Shown here in pieces: positions 13,342 to 26,953 of a stretch of 64,000 bases of DNA. Source of the DNA: Rhina ancylostomus (Eukaryota); assembly GCA_030265395.1 (NCBI GenBank), contig JARFYF010000059.1, positions 16,247,206 to 16,311,205 of the forward strand, written 5' to 3'. The notes beneath the pieces were generated by a model, which saw nothing but the letters and a program-made list of their open reading frames with translations, was not told where the DNA came from and did not search any database. The number at the start of each line of letters is the position of its first letter. Position 1 is the stretch's first letter. Position numbers and translations under genes: made by a program.

Positions 13342-13412
13342 CAGTGCTGGTTCATGAATTCCTTCTGCGTAATTGTGAATGTGCAGAGCTTGTTACACAA
13401 GGAGTCTTCATC
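13342..13412 (-). CDS. UBR4: UBR4 exon 36 (UBR-box start)
   Basis: [23 protein letters not shown]; cag / gtgaga. Confidence 0.96.
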
Positions 13413-13531
13413 CTGGGAACAAAGAATATTCCACCAATTGCTTGCGTGATAAAACTATAACAATGTCAGTTTACAGAACAATACTGTCCCACTATTTTAC
13501 TATTCACCAGTATGTTGGTCAAACCACTCAC

Positions 13532-13723
13532 CGAGTCTTCTGCTTGTGAGTCCTCTTCTTCCACAGCTAGATCTTCAACCCAATCAGAATCAACCTCTAT
13601 GGCTCTTTCTTCACCATCCACCAGTACATGTGTTGAACCCTGTCCACTGCTCTGTCTCATGGCATTCATAACATCAGCAAGATAAGTCATGATATGGCAG
13701 GCACAGTCAAGCATACCTACATG
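13532..13723 (-). CDS. UBR4: UBR4 exon 35
   Basis: HVGMLDCACHIMTYLADVMNAM...DGEERAIEVDSDWVEDLAVEEEDSQAEDS; cag / gtgagt. Confidence 0.95.
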
Positions 13724-13944
13724 CTGCACGACAGAAAGGTTAAACCCAGTGTCAAAAGGAATTCTTAAACCATCCCTGAGTTTAAGCATAATCAACAACA
13801 CTGGAGCCCGGTCTACAACTTGATACAAGCCCTATCCCACATATTATCACTATATGTAACTTCCAGAGAAATGGACATGGTTTAAAAAAATCTCTGTAAA
13901 CACTACAATCATATCACTGAGATTACGCTCACGACCTATCTCAC

Positions 13945-14008
13945 CTTCCCCTGAGTTACATTTGCTCCCACCTTCTCGAGGACATTCTTCTGGGACAGAT
14001 ATTTCTTA
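13945..14008 (-). CDS. UBR4: UBR4 exon 34
   Basis: KKYLSQKNVLEKVGANVTQGK; cag / gtgaga. Confidence 0.94.
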
Positions 14009-14238
14009 CTGAAAAAGACAATGATATATCGTCATAGAAAGTGAATATGACAAACTGCAATATAAATAATCTCCAAACCCTTACAGATGCAACTTCATAC
14101 ATTACCTATTTAGGTAATGTTCAAAAATTCTTTAATTAAAATTACAACAAACATCCTTCAGTATGAACTATTCATTCAACACAACTCTTTTTTTGGATTC
14201 ATGAACCATAATCATCCAAAGTATTGTAATGTACTCAC

Positions 14239-14427
14239 CACTTCCCTAACCAGTCAACAGCTGCACAGTGAAGCTGCAAGTGTCCTCCTCCCTGCCCAGC
14301 ACTGGCCAATGTCGCCATAACAACCATCAGCTCTGGGAATCCAGTTCCATCACCGTTGGACAACATTTCTGTTGCCATGGGAATAAGTGTGTTGAGTAAC
14401 ACAGTACAAACACCTTCTCCAACTTGG
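14239..14427 (-). CDS. UBR4: UBR4 exon 33
   Basis: QVGEGVCTVLLNTLIPMATEMLSNGDGTGFPELMVVMATLASAGQGGGHLQLHCAAVDWLGK; cag / gtgagt. Confidence 0.96.
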
Positions 14428-15412
14428 CTGAAGAGTAGATTAAAACAAATTAGCATCAAATTAACCATTTAATATTAACCACTGATAATATCTCAAAAAA
14501 AAACAGGGTTTCATTCCTGAGAACTGTCCATAAACTGATATTTCTGTAAGTCAGAAATGAACAATTTCAATGAGGGTTGATTAACGACAACATTTGTCCT
14601 TCCACTGTGAACTAGCAGCTGCATTCTTAACAGATAATGGTGTCTCTTTGATTACTGCAGGAGCTCACATTTTCTGAAGACTATTTGTCTTTTGAATTAA
14701 CTAGCTGCTACACCTATTCCATAACTCCTGAAGATGAATGCTTTCCTGTAACTAACTTGCCTATCTTGAAAAATTATTTAAAAATATATGGGAGNNNNNN
14801 NNNNAAGTCAGGAGCCCATGCACTTTAATAAAATATTGAAGGCCTAGGAGAAGACAGCTGGCAGATGGGGCTAATTAGATTGTTCTTTGAAAGAATTTGC
14901 ACAGAAATGTACAGCTGTGTTGAAATGTCCTTTGTTATAACAAATAAAAATACTGGTGTCAGAAGTCCCACAACCACTTCACCCCCACTTCACAGAAAAG
15001 CTGACAAATGGTGCAGTCAGACATTACTGCAAAACAGTAACCTCTACATGTTTTACTTAGGATCGCAATTCTTTATTACATTAAACTCTGATGCACAATA
15101 TACGGCCCACAGATTACATCAGCAAGATAGATATTTCCTGACCTCCAAACATCACCCTCACAGAATCATTTTTAATCCCATCTGCAACTAACAGGTTAAT
15201 TGCCCTACAGTTGGCTTGTCAACAATCTGCAAGGATGCCAATAACAGCCCCAACTCCTGTGATGTCATCAGGTGAAGTGTGCAGAGACCAAGAGGGACCT
15301 ACATATGCAGGGATTAAGGTAGGAATAGGCTCCCTCATTATTTGCTTATGTCCTTGAGGTATCCATGTTCCCAACTGCCATTACCCTCCAATGTGGGAAC
15401 AGTGCCTTCACG

Positions 15413-15780
15413 TCATCACTTAGCAACTTTCAATGGTTTCCAAACCCCCACTGATTCAAAATCTTTGTGCTTGCCTACAGATACCCCTGCAATTTCATTT
15501 GGCCTGATGCTCATTATATGAGCTTCCAATCTCTGTATTTTGGCCTCCTTCACAAAGCCAGGAAAAATTTTGCAGGGTGAAGAACCAAAATAGATGAAGT
15601 GTTTTATGGAATAATGAGAAAGATGTATTTGCAAAGGAGACCAAAATCCAAAGATTGAAATCTTGTTTAAGGAACATCAGGCCAAATGAAATTGTAGGGC
15701 TATTTGTAGGCAAGACAAAGATTTTGATACACTGGTGGATTTTCACTTTGGAAACCAGTGAAAATTGACAAGCACTATGA
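15413..15780. repeat. Long imperfect inverted repeat (fold-back / MITE-like)
   Basis: Arms ~15413-15556 and ~15628-15780; perfect 20-bp core 15490-15509 vs 15675-15694. Confidence 0.85.
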
Positions 15781-16417
15781 AAACAAAGGCTAGGAACTTG
15801 TGTGGTAGAGGTTACAAATGCTGATGTTTTAGATGCTGCAATTTGAAGAGGATTGAATCCAAGATCCCATCTAGGTATGTTGGAGCTATCATCCAGAGGT
15901 GCCAAAGACAGGTTAAAGCATAGGAATGACGTAATGTAGAATGGACAGTGGTTAGCATTAACAGCAAAAGAAATACACGCCATCAATTCTGCCAAGGATT
16001 TGACTTCCTCAAGTCTAAATCAAGCCAGAATCCAAAGATATCATTCATTTTAGTCTCAGGGATCAACTTGAGATATGGAAAGAATCAAGTGCTGGATTTC
16101 AAAACTCTAGGTGAGAAATAAATAAAATGGCTTAAGGCCTGGGTTGAGAAAATTTGTCATTGAGGACTAGATATTCCTAAGCAGCTCCTAAGCTGTGAAA
16201 AGGAAATCAAACAAGATGCAGAGTGGAAAAGAGCAATCTACTAGCAACAGGAATCTTTTTCATTTTCTGCAGCTGGGCCATCAGCTTACCCTTTACAGTG
16301 AGTGCCTGCATGGACACTTTCACCCATATCCTTACAACACCTTCTCCACAGAATAAAAAGCAACTTTAGCACAGCCTTTGCTATTGAATCTTTCCCCAAG
16401 GCTCTGTTTCAAAGTAC

Positions 16418-16616
16418 CTGTTTTCTCGAACGATGCATGCAGTCAAAATCTGCAAAAGTTGTCTGTTTTCTTGTACCACCTCGAGCTGGTCAGAATCTTT
16501 TGGGGGTGCATGGGTCATTCTTGTTAGCCAGGCTTGCAAACGGCTGTGTTCAACGCAGGCCAGCTGTGCAAATGAGCCACACAAACGTAGAAGACTTGGG
16601 TTTGGGCTCTTCTCCG
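16418..16616 (-). CDS. UBR4: UBR4 exon 32
   Basis: EKSPNPSLLRLCGSFAQLACVEHSRLQAWLTRMTHAPPKDSDQLEVVQENRQLLQILTACIVREN; cag / gtactt. Confidence 0.95.
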
Positions 16617-17585
16617 CTGAAACAGGAAAACTAAGTCAATGCATCCTCTTGTGATCTACTCCAAATCTTCTAAGAGAGGTCATCCACATTTATCAATATT
16701 CCTTTAACTAATTGTGGAGCTAAATAAACACTCTAATGCAACATTCTTGAAAGTAGATAGAAGAAAAATGTTTACAAAAAGCTTTGCTAAGACAACCAGG
16801 ACCAATATAACAATTTATTCTACCTTGTTTGCTACATCAGCCCAAACATAATGCTGCTCAATTTCAAAATCATTGCTTCCTAAGGAACAAAATCTCAGCA
16901 TCTCAATTCCGATTTTCGTTGCCCCATTTTAAATGGCAGAAAGAACAGAGCAAGCGCACAAATTCATGTATTGTCAAAGGCAACAGCTGTAAAATCAACT
17001 ATGGACAAGGATATGGAGTTTTTATACATCAATCTGATGAGCTACACCAATCCCAAGCCTGACATAAAGCCTACTTGAATTCTAACTAATGTTCAAATTT
17101 TGACATGTCCACTCAAATGCTACTAATATTAAGTCTGAATATTTTAATAGATATAAAGCAAAGAGGCTGAATTTGTAAAGCATACACTGCTTGGAAAGAA
17201 CAGAATTTCACTTCATTCAGGAGTCTACAATTCCCTGCAAACTTCCATAGCCCATGGTGGCAAAAAAAATTCAAAGAGCATCACAACAAAATTCTGAAGA
17301 CAAAATGGTTGAAAAAGAGTTCTTCACATCCATTTCATATTTTAACCTTGACAGATTCAACCTTGTTGAATTGCCTTTACAACAAGATATTCAGTTCTTC
17401 TTTTACCAACACATTTTTAAATTGAGCTGCTTCTTAAACCCCATTGACCCTAATCCAGCTATTTATGGAATTCAAACCAAGGGTCCAAAAACATAAAGGT
17501 GTGTCAAGCATTCCTTCACCATTACTTCCAGATTAGAAATAGGCACTATTACATTAATATCTGAGAAATTCAATACACTACTTAC

Positions 17586-17686
17586 CAAGCTGGAAGAGCT
17601 TTGTGAAAAACTTCAACACTCTGTTACAGAATTTCGCTGACAGGTTCTCATTGGCTGTAGCCATCATGATCTGTACCAGCTCCCCA
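17586..17686 (-). CDS. UBR4: UBR4 exon 31
   Basis: GELVQIMMATANENLSAKFCNRVLKFFTKLFQL; cag / gtaagt. Confidence 0.96.
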
Positions 17687-18395
17687 CTGCAAGAAAGATA
17701 GGAAAACAGAAACTGATACTGGTAAACTGATTCAACAGCTGCAAGATAGGCAGTTAACTTTCTCAAAAATAAAGGAGCATGCAGTTACTCAGGGATAATT
17801 TATATTTCTAAAACTTTTTCAAACTCTTGAATATCAAAACCCAATAAACAATCTTTTAAAAAAACATTAATGGATCCCAGTGGTGTTGTATTTCTATGGA
17901 TCAAAGAACACACCCAATGTTATTTAAAACAATGAAGAAACTAATGGAAAAAAAGAGGTAAGGAAAGACGACATTCATCATGAACAACTGACAGTTTAAG
18001 AAATGACTGGGATCCATTGTCTTTAGATTATCTTCGAATCTGATTGCCTTTATCTGTTTTGCCAAAAATTGTTAAACTGAAGAAAATAATAGAGAAGGAG
18101 CAGTTACAATGTGCTATAGTCACAGAGGTCAATAAACAGTTCTTTAACGTGGAAGACTTAAATTATGACATCTATAGACACACAATATAATAGTTACATA
18201 TATTAAAAACCCTGACACAGACAAACCAAGAAGGATGGGGCAATAAATGCTAGCAGTGGGGGAGAAAAGGAATGGTCCACTGAAAGGGACTTCAAAACAA
18301 TTAATTAACATAGAATTTCAACCAAGTCCAAAACTCTTTCATTTCCATTGGCACAGTTTATATTCAACATGCAGTTTTCAGGATCCTCCTCTTAC

Positions 18396-18497
18396 CGTTC
18401 AGAGAAGAACTCCTCCATGGCTTTGCGTGCCTGGCTGCTCTCCAGCTGTCTTTCTAGGTACTGTAAGCACTCCTCTAAGATAGTCTCATCCAGACCA
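18396..18497 (-). CDS. UBR4: UBR4 exon 30
   Basis: GLDETILEECLQYLERQLESSQARKAMEEFFSE; cag / gtaaga. Confidence 0.95.
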
Positions 18498-18729
18498 CTG
18501 CGGAAATGGAAGGGTAATGCATTAACAAAGAAACTTGTGCTCCATTGAACTCAGTATTTGGACAAAAATTCTAAAATCTTACCTTCAAAATGCAAAATTC
18601 TTACTAATCCAGACATTAAACCGTCACCCAATGAGAAAAGTTATTTTTTTTTACATTCATGGAATGCATGGCGCATAGAAGTTCCAAATACATAATCACA
18701 AATGATGAATATTTTCATCTAAGACCAGT

Positions 18730-18860
18730 AAATCTTACAACTTGTGGATGGTGGAGTAATTTTCTACATATGACCCAAGCAAAGGAAAGAAGTCACACTT
18801 CATGCAGCTCAAATCCCTTTCCCTATGCAATCAAAATATTAAACACTGGACAGCACTAAA
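18730..18860 (+). mobile_element. Rex-Babar-like LINE 3' remnant
   Basis: SNPFPYAIKILN resembles the NSFFPxAIRLLN terminus of Rex1/Babar ORFs. Confidence 0.5.
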
Positions 18861-19209
18861 CAAAAAGTGGGCTATACTTGGTGACAGCAGATTAGGAGGG
18901 ATCAGAGATACTGACACACTGCACTATTTAAAACCTGACTTGTACATTGTAACCAAACAGTAAACTGGAAGCACATTTTTACCAAACCATTTACCGTAGT
19001 TCTATAGATACAGGGATAAAATAATGGTTTACAATATTTATAATACTTAGGACTGGGTACACAGGGATGCAGAAAAGTCAGTTCTGCTGGATGTCACTTT
19101 GAGGTGTCCAGCCCCAAGCAATTTTGAAACCTGAGTCATCATTTCCATAATGCTAAAGCAGGAATTAAGTACTCAATGAGATTTTCCCAATTTGAAACAT
19201 AAAACAAAG

Positions 19210-19600
19210 AACTTATATTTCATATCTTGATGACTCAGCTTCATGTGTATTTTCTTCCATTTGAACTGTGGTCACCTTATAAACTTGTATAATTTGTGTT
19301 TAATTAGTCCAACAAAAACAAGTACAATAATGGATTATTAGTCAGTTCTTTAAGTGGTATTGATTGATTGATTGAGTGCGTAAATGTTGACAAGGACATC
19401 AAGAAAACTTCCTACTCTTCTATAAATGATGGGATGTTTAATAAATGAGTAGTTACAGCTTTGTTTTAACATCTTATATGAAAAATAACAGAGGCCCCCA
19501 ATAAGGCAATTAAATATAAAGTTAACGTATGTATTTAATCATGCAGTGCAGTTGAATCCACAATCTTCCGATCCAGAAATTCGAGGTGTCATCTGAGCCT
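19210..19600 (-). mobile_element. Decayed Deu-domain SINE
   Basis: caaggacatcaagaaaacttcctactcttc...ttttaacatcttat...gttgaatccacaatcttc follows the recalled shark DeuSINE layout. Confidence 0.5.
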
Positions 19601-19944
19601 GACATTCCAAATCATCTACTTTACTTTTTAAAATGGTAGTGAAGAAAATGTATTCTACAAAATGTCAACAAATTAAATGTAGCTGAATTTTATATGGTGA
19701 GATGAACATATGATTTTAAGTTTTGAATAGTTTATTTATATTTTCTAAAAGCTTTAGCATTACTAAGTTTGTCTGCATATAGATGATAAACCAGCTATAA
19801 TGATTGTATACCTATATTGGTTAAGGGTGACAAACTAAGATGGTTATAATAAAATTCCATTGTACTATTGATTCAGATAATTACATATTTTATAAAATCC
19901 AAAAGTTTTTTGGCAGATGTTTACTAATTTGAAGCTCTAACTAC

Positions 19945-20157
19945 CTGTTAGGATCAGAGTGGTTAGCAATTATATTATAGCAACTGGTGATGAGTCGCTC
20001 ATAGATGCGTGCAAGAAACTCATCAGATTCTGCAGGTCCCAGGATCCGTTCCAGTGAAGTAGAGCTGATTTCAGACACACTTTCAGTGCTAGTCTCCAAG
20101 AGCAATGGCAGCAATGTGTGAATAACTTGTGGTGGGTTCAGTTCATCAGGGCACCAC
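19945..20157 (-). CDS. UBR4: UBR4 exon 29
   Basis: WCPDELNPPQVIHTLLPLLLETSTESVSEISSTSLERILGPAESDEFLARIYERLITSCYNIIANHSDPN; tag / gtagtt. Confidence 0.95.
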
Positions 20158-20737
20158 CTAGAAAAAAAAAGACAGAAGATTTGTGATAAATGTACAAAAT
20201 GAAGAGTTTAGTGGGAACAGTGCAAGAGAGAACATCAAATAAATGGACAACAAAAAGACAAATTCATAGCATGAGAAATGAAACAAAGGTTAAATTCAAA
20301 TTGCATTATGTAGAGCTTGAGGAAGGGAGGCAATTACACACAAACTGAAACCAACTTTTCCATTTGCATAGAGGCTTTAACTTAGCGAAATGTCATAAAA
20401 TATATCACAGAACTGTTTGCAAAGAAAGATTGACACTGAGCCACTTCAAGAGATGTCAGGGCAGGTGACCAAGAGCAGGTGCTAGAGGATTAATACCACC
20501 TCCTATGAAAATCCTGATCACAACCCTAGTTTTGTACTAGATGCCAAGTACAGGAACTGGTGCATCAAGCAATCAGCAAAGCTGAATCAACAGAGATGGT
20601 TGAAGTTCTCCCAGCCATAAGGTTGTATGGCCTACCGGAAAAAAAAGAATTCTGGACACATGCACTGGAGCTAAGAGTAGAGGACTGATAAACTAGTCAA
20701 TTCACCAGTCATAACATGAAAAATACTATGACCGAGA

Positions 20738-20950
20738 TGGCACAGTTGTGCAGCGGGTAGTGTCACTGACATACAGCTTCAGCAACACAAACTCAATCCT
20801 AATCTTGGGTGCTGTCTCTTCATCTTCTCCTTGCAACTACTGGGGTTCTCTCTGTACTTGGATACCACCCCCCTCACCCCCCCCCCCCCCAATATTCTAA
20901 ATACCCACTGGCTGGTAAGTTAATTTACTGTAACTTACCCCTGGTGTAGT
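20738..20950 (+). mobile_element. Decayed V-SINE (HE1-like)
   Basis: ggcacagttgtgcagcgggtag tRNA-like head and V-domain remnant, interrupted by poly-C. Confidence 0.55.
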
Positions 20951-21167
20951 TCATCGCAGGAGAAAAAGAAAATCAGGAGGAGTTATGTTAGAGAGAACAG
21001 GACACAGGGAAATGACTAGGGGAAATGGAACAGATGGAAATGCTCTAGACCTCTCATTAACATGATGGGCCAAATGGACTTATTAAAAAAAATGGAGTCG
21101 TGGAGGCATGCTATAGGATAAACTCATATCTAACAGAGTCAGATGGAAAATCCACTAATCAGCTTAC

Positions 21168-21325
21168 ACTATGAGGTCACCAGTAAGCCTGACCAACGAA
21201 AGTAGAATGTGCTTCAGGCAGGCAGCCAATGGCAGACTCTGATTGGATAATGTGCCAAGATGTGCAGCCTGGATTGCACTAATGTAGCTCTCCGCTGGAA
21301 TGATGTCATTTGCAAACGCATTCCG
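21168..21325 (-). CDS. UBR4: UBR4 exon 28
   Basis: RNAFANDIIPAESYISAIQAAHLGTLSNQSLPLAACLKHILLSLVRLTGDLI; cag / gtaagc. Confidence 0.95.
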
Positions 21326-22757
21326 CTGTGAAGAATACAAAATGGCAAAAATCAAGACTCATTTAAAACCCTGGATTACATTAAAATTATTCATAACCTA
21401 CAGATAATACCCTCTAGTATCAGACATTGGGAGGAATTTCTCTGCCATATAGTGCAAGTACCCTTACAGAACCTATCCTGATAACATTAGCACTGGTGAA
21501 AGATAATGGAGAACTAAATGGAATTACATCAAAATTACCAAATATTCAGCTCAAATCAGTCCATGTTGATCCAAAGCAGAAATCCTAATATCTCAATGTT
21601 TCCTCAAATTATTTTACTCAATGTTGTCATGGTTTCTCCTTCAATTAGTGGCTCTTGGTCATTTATCCCTCTAAATAAAATGTTCCTGAATGTATTTAAT
21701 CTTACATCTAAAGCTTCTTCACTCTAGAAGCAGTAATTTCATTCTATTTGTAGCATTCATTCATACTTTTAAACACTGTTATGATTCACCCCATAATATC
21801 CTCTTCTAAGAGCATCAGCTCTATTTTTCAACTGTATTTGTTAATTCTTCATAACTTGCACTCTTCAACAACATACTAATCAGGTTTTACTGATCTAAAC
21901 CCTGACTAATTCACATGCCAACATTCTGTTCTCAACACTTCAATCATTAGTATAAAAAAATCTTATGACAGGAGCATCACCTCATAAGATTTCCCTGAAG
22001 TAAGGTAACTTGTACCATGTGCACTCTCAATCCTTCCTCTATCATAACACTGCCTTTGGATTGACAGAAAAAATTTTCTGTCCAAGTCCCATTTTTATTT
22101 TCTCTGATTTCCTAAACTGTCCTAATATGAATAGAAATATAATATTGTGAAGTGAGTTTCAAGTGAATGTGAATAAACCTCAAGTGCTTTTTCATAACAT
22201 GGTAATAAACATAGGTTGATAAAAGACTGCTGCAGCACAACTGAAGGAGATGACGACCCAAACCTTACTTTTATATAGCAACTTATCACATTTTCGAGGA
22301 ACATGTCAAAAGGATTAAGTATAATAATTTCTTGTAACTTATTTAACAAAATCCAGAAGCTATTCAGCACACAAAGTTCCACAAGCAACAAGTGAAGTAA
22401 GTTACCAATTAATCACTATTTAAAAAATATTGTGGCCTTGCTCCCTGATCCCAAGAATAGTACCATGGGATCAGTAATGACCAAAGGATGGCAATACTCC
22501 ATGTAACCATTACTACAAAACTATTGAATACCTAATGTACATTCAAGAATGACTATTACTTAGGCAACTATAATTAACTTCTTGGATCGCAGGGGTTTCA
22601 TGGTCTTGGGGATGAGGCAGGAAAGTGTAGCTAAGGCTAAATATCCGAACAGCTCTGATCCTTATTGAACAACAGAACAGGCAGGAGAGGCCACTTGGCT
22701 CAGTTGTGCTGTCTTATGTTCTTGCACTGTGTCAAATGTGAACAACTTATCACCTAC

Positions 22758-22855
22758 CCATGATCCGATGTTGGGAAACTCATTGGTGTGGACGTTATTC
22801 CATGTTTCACACAGTGTCTGAACAGCTGATGGCAGATTCTGTACCACCAATTGAG
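22758..22855 (-). CDS. UBR4: UBR4 exon 27
   Basis: QLVVQNLPSAVQTLCETWNNVHTNEFPNIGSW; cag / gtaggt. Confidence 0.95.
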
Positions 22856-23503
22856 CTGTAAAGATAATAGGAATAACTTCAAGCAAGAATTTCACTTTTA
22901 GGTATCATGCAGAACAGGATGCTTCTCACAGCTATAACTTCAGACAAATAGTAATTCCAGCTCTGCACTAGATCACCTCTCCTTGAGATGCCAGTTGTAT
23001 TGAAGTGCAGCCTAAGCATTGTGACCATAAGCTTATTCCTCCATGAGTTGGAGTCGAAATCATTTCCCATATTAATTTGCAGTTTTAAGGCACATATCAC
23101 GTTAGGATGATACAGGTGATTAATCCTCATTAAAAACAAACATTACAGCAGTCATAAACTATTGTCTTCCATACATGAACTGATATAATCAGAAATAATT
23201 TCAATTAATTTATCAGTTTTGCAAAGTCACATAATAGAAGTCCCAAGTTCAAACTGCTGGCATCAAAATTTCCAAGTGTGCAGACATTATGGCACAGTTA
23301 GTGTTAGATTTGTTGAAATCAGCTTGGTTACGCCAAAGCCCAGATTCATATACTGAAATGTCACGTGCTAGAGGTCTACTGGCATCCTGATCAGAAGACT
23401 TTGGATAATTTATTTTTCAAAGATAAGAACAATGCCAGCAATTTATTCTGCCTTCTTTTCAGTGCCAATGTTTGAACTGTTACAAAAGAATTTTTGTCTT
23501 TAC

Positions 23504-23625
23504 CAATAGAATTAGTCTTGCAACGGGCAGATCCAATCGCCAATGCTGCTGCATAACCTTGCAGCTTCTCCTCTGTGGGGCTTTCAGTTGAGCCTTCTTC
23601 ACACAGGCTCCTCAACAAGTATGAC
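23504..23625 (-). CDS. UBR4: UBR4 exon 26
   Basis: SYLLRSLCEEGSTESPTEEKLQGYAAALAIGSARCKTNSI; tag (weak pyrimidine tract) / gtaaag. Confidence 0.92.
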
Positions 23626-24275
23626 CTAATATCAATCACCAAGCAACCAGTTTATAACACAATTAGTTAAAAAAATCCATAGATAATCAAGAGTTATTAA
23701 ACACTAACACACCATTCATTCACACCTGCATATCTTAAGCACAGTTATATAATAAACTGGTTATACTTCACAACAGATAAAATATTGTCATCCAAATGAG
23801 TAAATACATCCTTCCAGCTCGATGATCTGATCGAGACAGCTGGGATTAAAGACCCCCCTCCCCTGCAAATTGTGAACATTCTTTGTGAAAAAGTTGTGAA
23901 GCTTTGACATAGAGTTTACCACAAGAACAAATTGGTCACAGTTGCCACAGAATAGTCATTTAAAGGAGGTGGAGAATTCATACTAGAGCAATGGAGCACT
24001 TCTAAGTTTGTGGCTGAGTTACCGTACATCGTTGAGACAGAAAGGAGGGAATGTTACACTGAATCTAACCATTGAGCATATGACACGGAACTATTGCTGG
24101 AGAAAAATCAAAGAGTTTTTATTTTTTTTAAACTAATATGTACAGTTGCTGACCTGGAAATGCAATGCTGTAGAGGCCAAAACCAAACAATCATTGCCAG
24201 CTAAATTTGGCCTCTGCAGCATTTCATTTAGTAATTTTAATGTAAAAAAAAATGCCCAAGCATTCAATTTTGTAC

Positions 24276-24505
24276 CTGGCAAATGTAGCATAAATGCCAA
24301 TAAGCTGAAGAGTTGCAGGAAGCAAATTCTTTGTGATCTCAGATGTCTTGTGAGAATCAGTTTCTGCAGCCACTTTGGAAAAGTACTCATCCAAAGAAAC
24401 CTGGACCTTTGATATGACTGCATCAAGTGTATAGATGGTTTGCATGTTGGGAAGACGATTGAGTGGGAGGATAGCAGTTGCATCAATTCCACAACAGGAA
24501 GAGAC
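24276..24505 (-). CDS. UBR4: UBR4 exon 25
   Basis: VSSCCGIDATAILPLNRLPNMQTIYTLDAVISKVQVSLDEYFSK...LLPATLQLIGIYATFA; tag / gtacaa. Confidence 0.94.
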
Positions 24506-26830
24506 CTAAATTTGAAAGGGAACTCTCTTTAAGCTTTTGAATGGAAAGTGGTATCAATGTCAAACATGTACACACTAAATAAGCATGAGATACTTTCTGT
24601 AAAAGAGTAACTGCATCACAAGAAAGAATTCAAAGGAAATGAACAAATAAAACTGTTGCATAAAGGCACATTATGAGTTCAGATAAAAGCATGCAATTCA
24701 CACGTATACCTGTACAACAATAACACAAAACTTCTAAAATGTCTAACTGATCCAGTAAAGCTGTTGTCTGTATCATTTAATCAGCATTTTTGAGGCACAG
24801 AAACCGATTTGCCAAGAGTTCTTCAAAAGCACCTCCTAATCTCAAAACCCTTCACCTAGAAGGACCAGCTGATAGGAGACCACCATCTTTAGATAACATA
24901 ACATCCACACTTAAAAGGTGCATCATCACTGCATTGAAATCCTGTAATTCCTAGCTAACAACACTGTGGGAGCACTTTTACCATACATCTTGCAGTAAAT
25001 CAGTATTCCATGAATAGATGAATGAATAAAAACAAATCCTTCCAGTACTTTCCCCTCTCATATACCCATATTTCCCATAAATATACCCATAGATCTAAGC
25101 AATTTGCCTCAACTACTCCCTATGGTAATTCTGTAGTGGGGATAGTCGTAAAGAACGGCTTGCCAAGGAAAAGAAGCAATATAACATGGTGACAGTGTTC
25201 CAATTACCTGTGTTGTCTTCTTGGGAAGCTTAATAATGATTTCATTTATTCAAACTTTTCATGTTGCTTCCTTCCCCACCCATCTCCAGTTTCTTACAAT
25301 ACATCTGGGAAAATTTTACATGGAATTTATAGTAGGATCCAGCTCAATCAAATAATTTACAGATTTATGGTCCATTTAAGCATGCTGGTATTCTTCCTCA
25401 GGTAAATCAGACAGCTTAGCAGTCTATTCTGTGCTATCTAACTGCCCTCTATGTGCATCTATACTATTTGTCTCAAGTACTCCCTGTAATAGTAAGGTTC
25501 ACACATTCATCATTCCCTGGGTAAGTTATTTGGCATTCTTGATTCCCATCCTATATCATAAGCCTCTAGTTTTGCTCATGAAAGCAAGTGGAAATTCTCT
25601 CACTTCTCTAGTGTCTATTCTATCAAAATCTTCTCAAATTAAAAAAAGGCCTCTGAGGTCATATCTGCCTTCTAAATTCTCAGTTCTGATATCATTCTTG
25701 GATGATGTTAGAACTCTTATGCCTCTATGTCCCTTTTTAATAACATGGCAACCAGGACTCTGAGTGTGGTAGAAGTTTACAATAATTTCTCATACTTTTC
25801 AATGTTGTAATCAGTATCTATGATTTTTGTGTCCTTAATGACCATAACCACATGCTGATTTTATTGTTATTTATGTGCATGTAAAGTATGTTAACTATTC
25901 TATCTTCCTTCATAATTTAATTTCACTTTTCCTGTTTTCCTTTCTTTAGCATTCTCCTTAGCAACGTTATTTCCTGATGTCAATGTATTAAGGTTGTGTC
26001 TCTTATTCCTTGTTCTGATTTTTATTCTTGTGCCTTTCACCACCAACGGAGGATCATTAGATTTAGTTTGTTCTTGTTTACAGGTGAAATACAGATTTCC
26101 CAGATTCAGCTAGATATAATTTTAAATGATTTCCTATTATTTTATATCATTGTTGCAAATTTGACTGACTATTTTATTTTGAGCCTCTCTAGGTGATTCA
26201 TTGTTCTTAAGTGAGCTACTGCCTACCTCAGCTCTTACATTGTAATGTTACCTCAACTAGTATCTATTGACTGGCTTTACCAATAAGTTAACATCCCTGC
26301 AACTACCAGGAGGAAGTGAACTGTGGCCTTTCTGAAAGTGCTCTGACACTTCTTGAGATCTGATGACAAACAAATCATGCTTAAGTTTTTCTTTTAGATG
26401 ACCTGTGCTTCAGTAACTATAGTCACTTAAAGGTTGATCTGAAAATTCTGCAGAAATTTCTGCCTCTCGAACTTGTTTCTTTCTCTGACAGACAGGCAAG
26501 AACATTTATGGTATCAAAGGGGTCCCAGCTACCAAGGGCAAATAAGTGGCCCAGCCACCCAGAACACAGACAATGCCACCTGCCATTAGTGACACTGCAT
26601 ACTGAAATAAACAGCACCAATTTCAGTTCCTCACTTCAGTGATGGACTGCTCTGCTCATCTTGATAGACTTTCTACCCCACAACATATTTTTGTAAAATA
26701 TTCTGCCAATGAAATAGCAACTATTTGCCATGGTTTGAAAATCAAAGCCACAATAGTGGGCCCACAACCAGCAATACACTGACAACTAACACTTTCAGAC
26801 AGAGACCTTACGGATATGGTTTCTTCTTAC

Positions 26831-26953
26831 CTGTCTGGCAACATACTCCTCCGCAAGTTCTACATCATACTTCACAGAACTGCACTTGGTAATGGCCAGT
26901 TCTACCAGTGAGCTGGCATGGTCTGGCTTCATGCCCTGTCGCACCAGATGATC
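26831..26953 (-). CDS. UBR4: UBR4 exon 24
   Basis: DHLVRQGMKPDHASSLVELAITKCSSVKYDVELAEEYVARQ; aag acceptor / gtaaga. Confidence 0.93.

Noticed and set aside
15495-15995. 166-aa minus-strand intronic ORF
   Set aside because: Non-ATG start, overlaps the fold-back repeat, no domain or splice support
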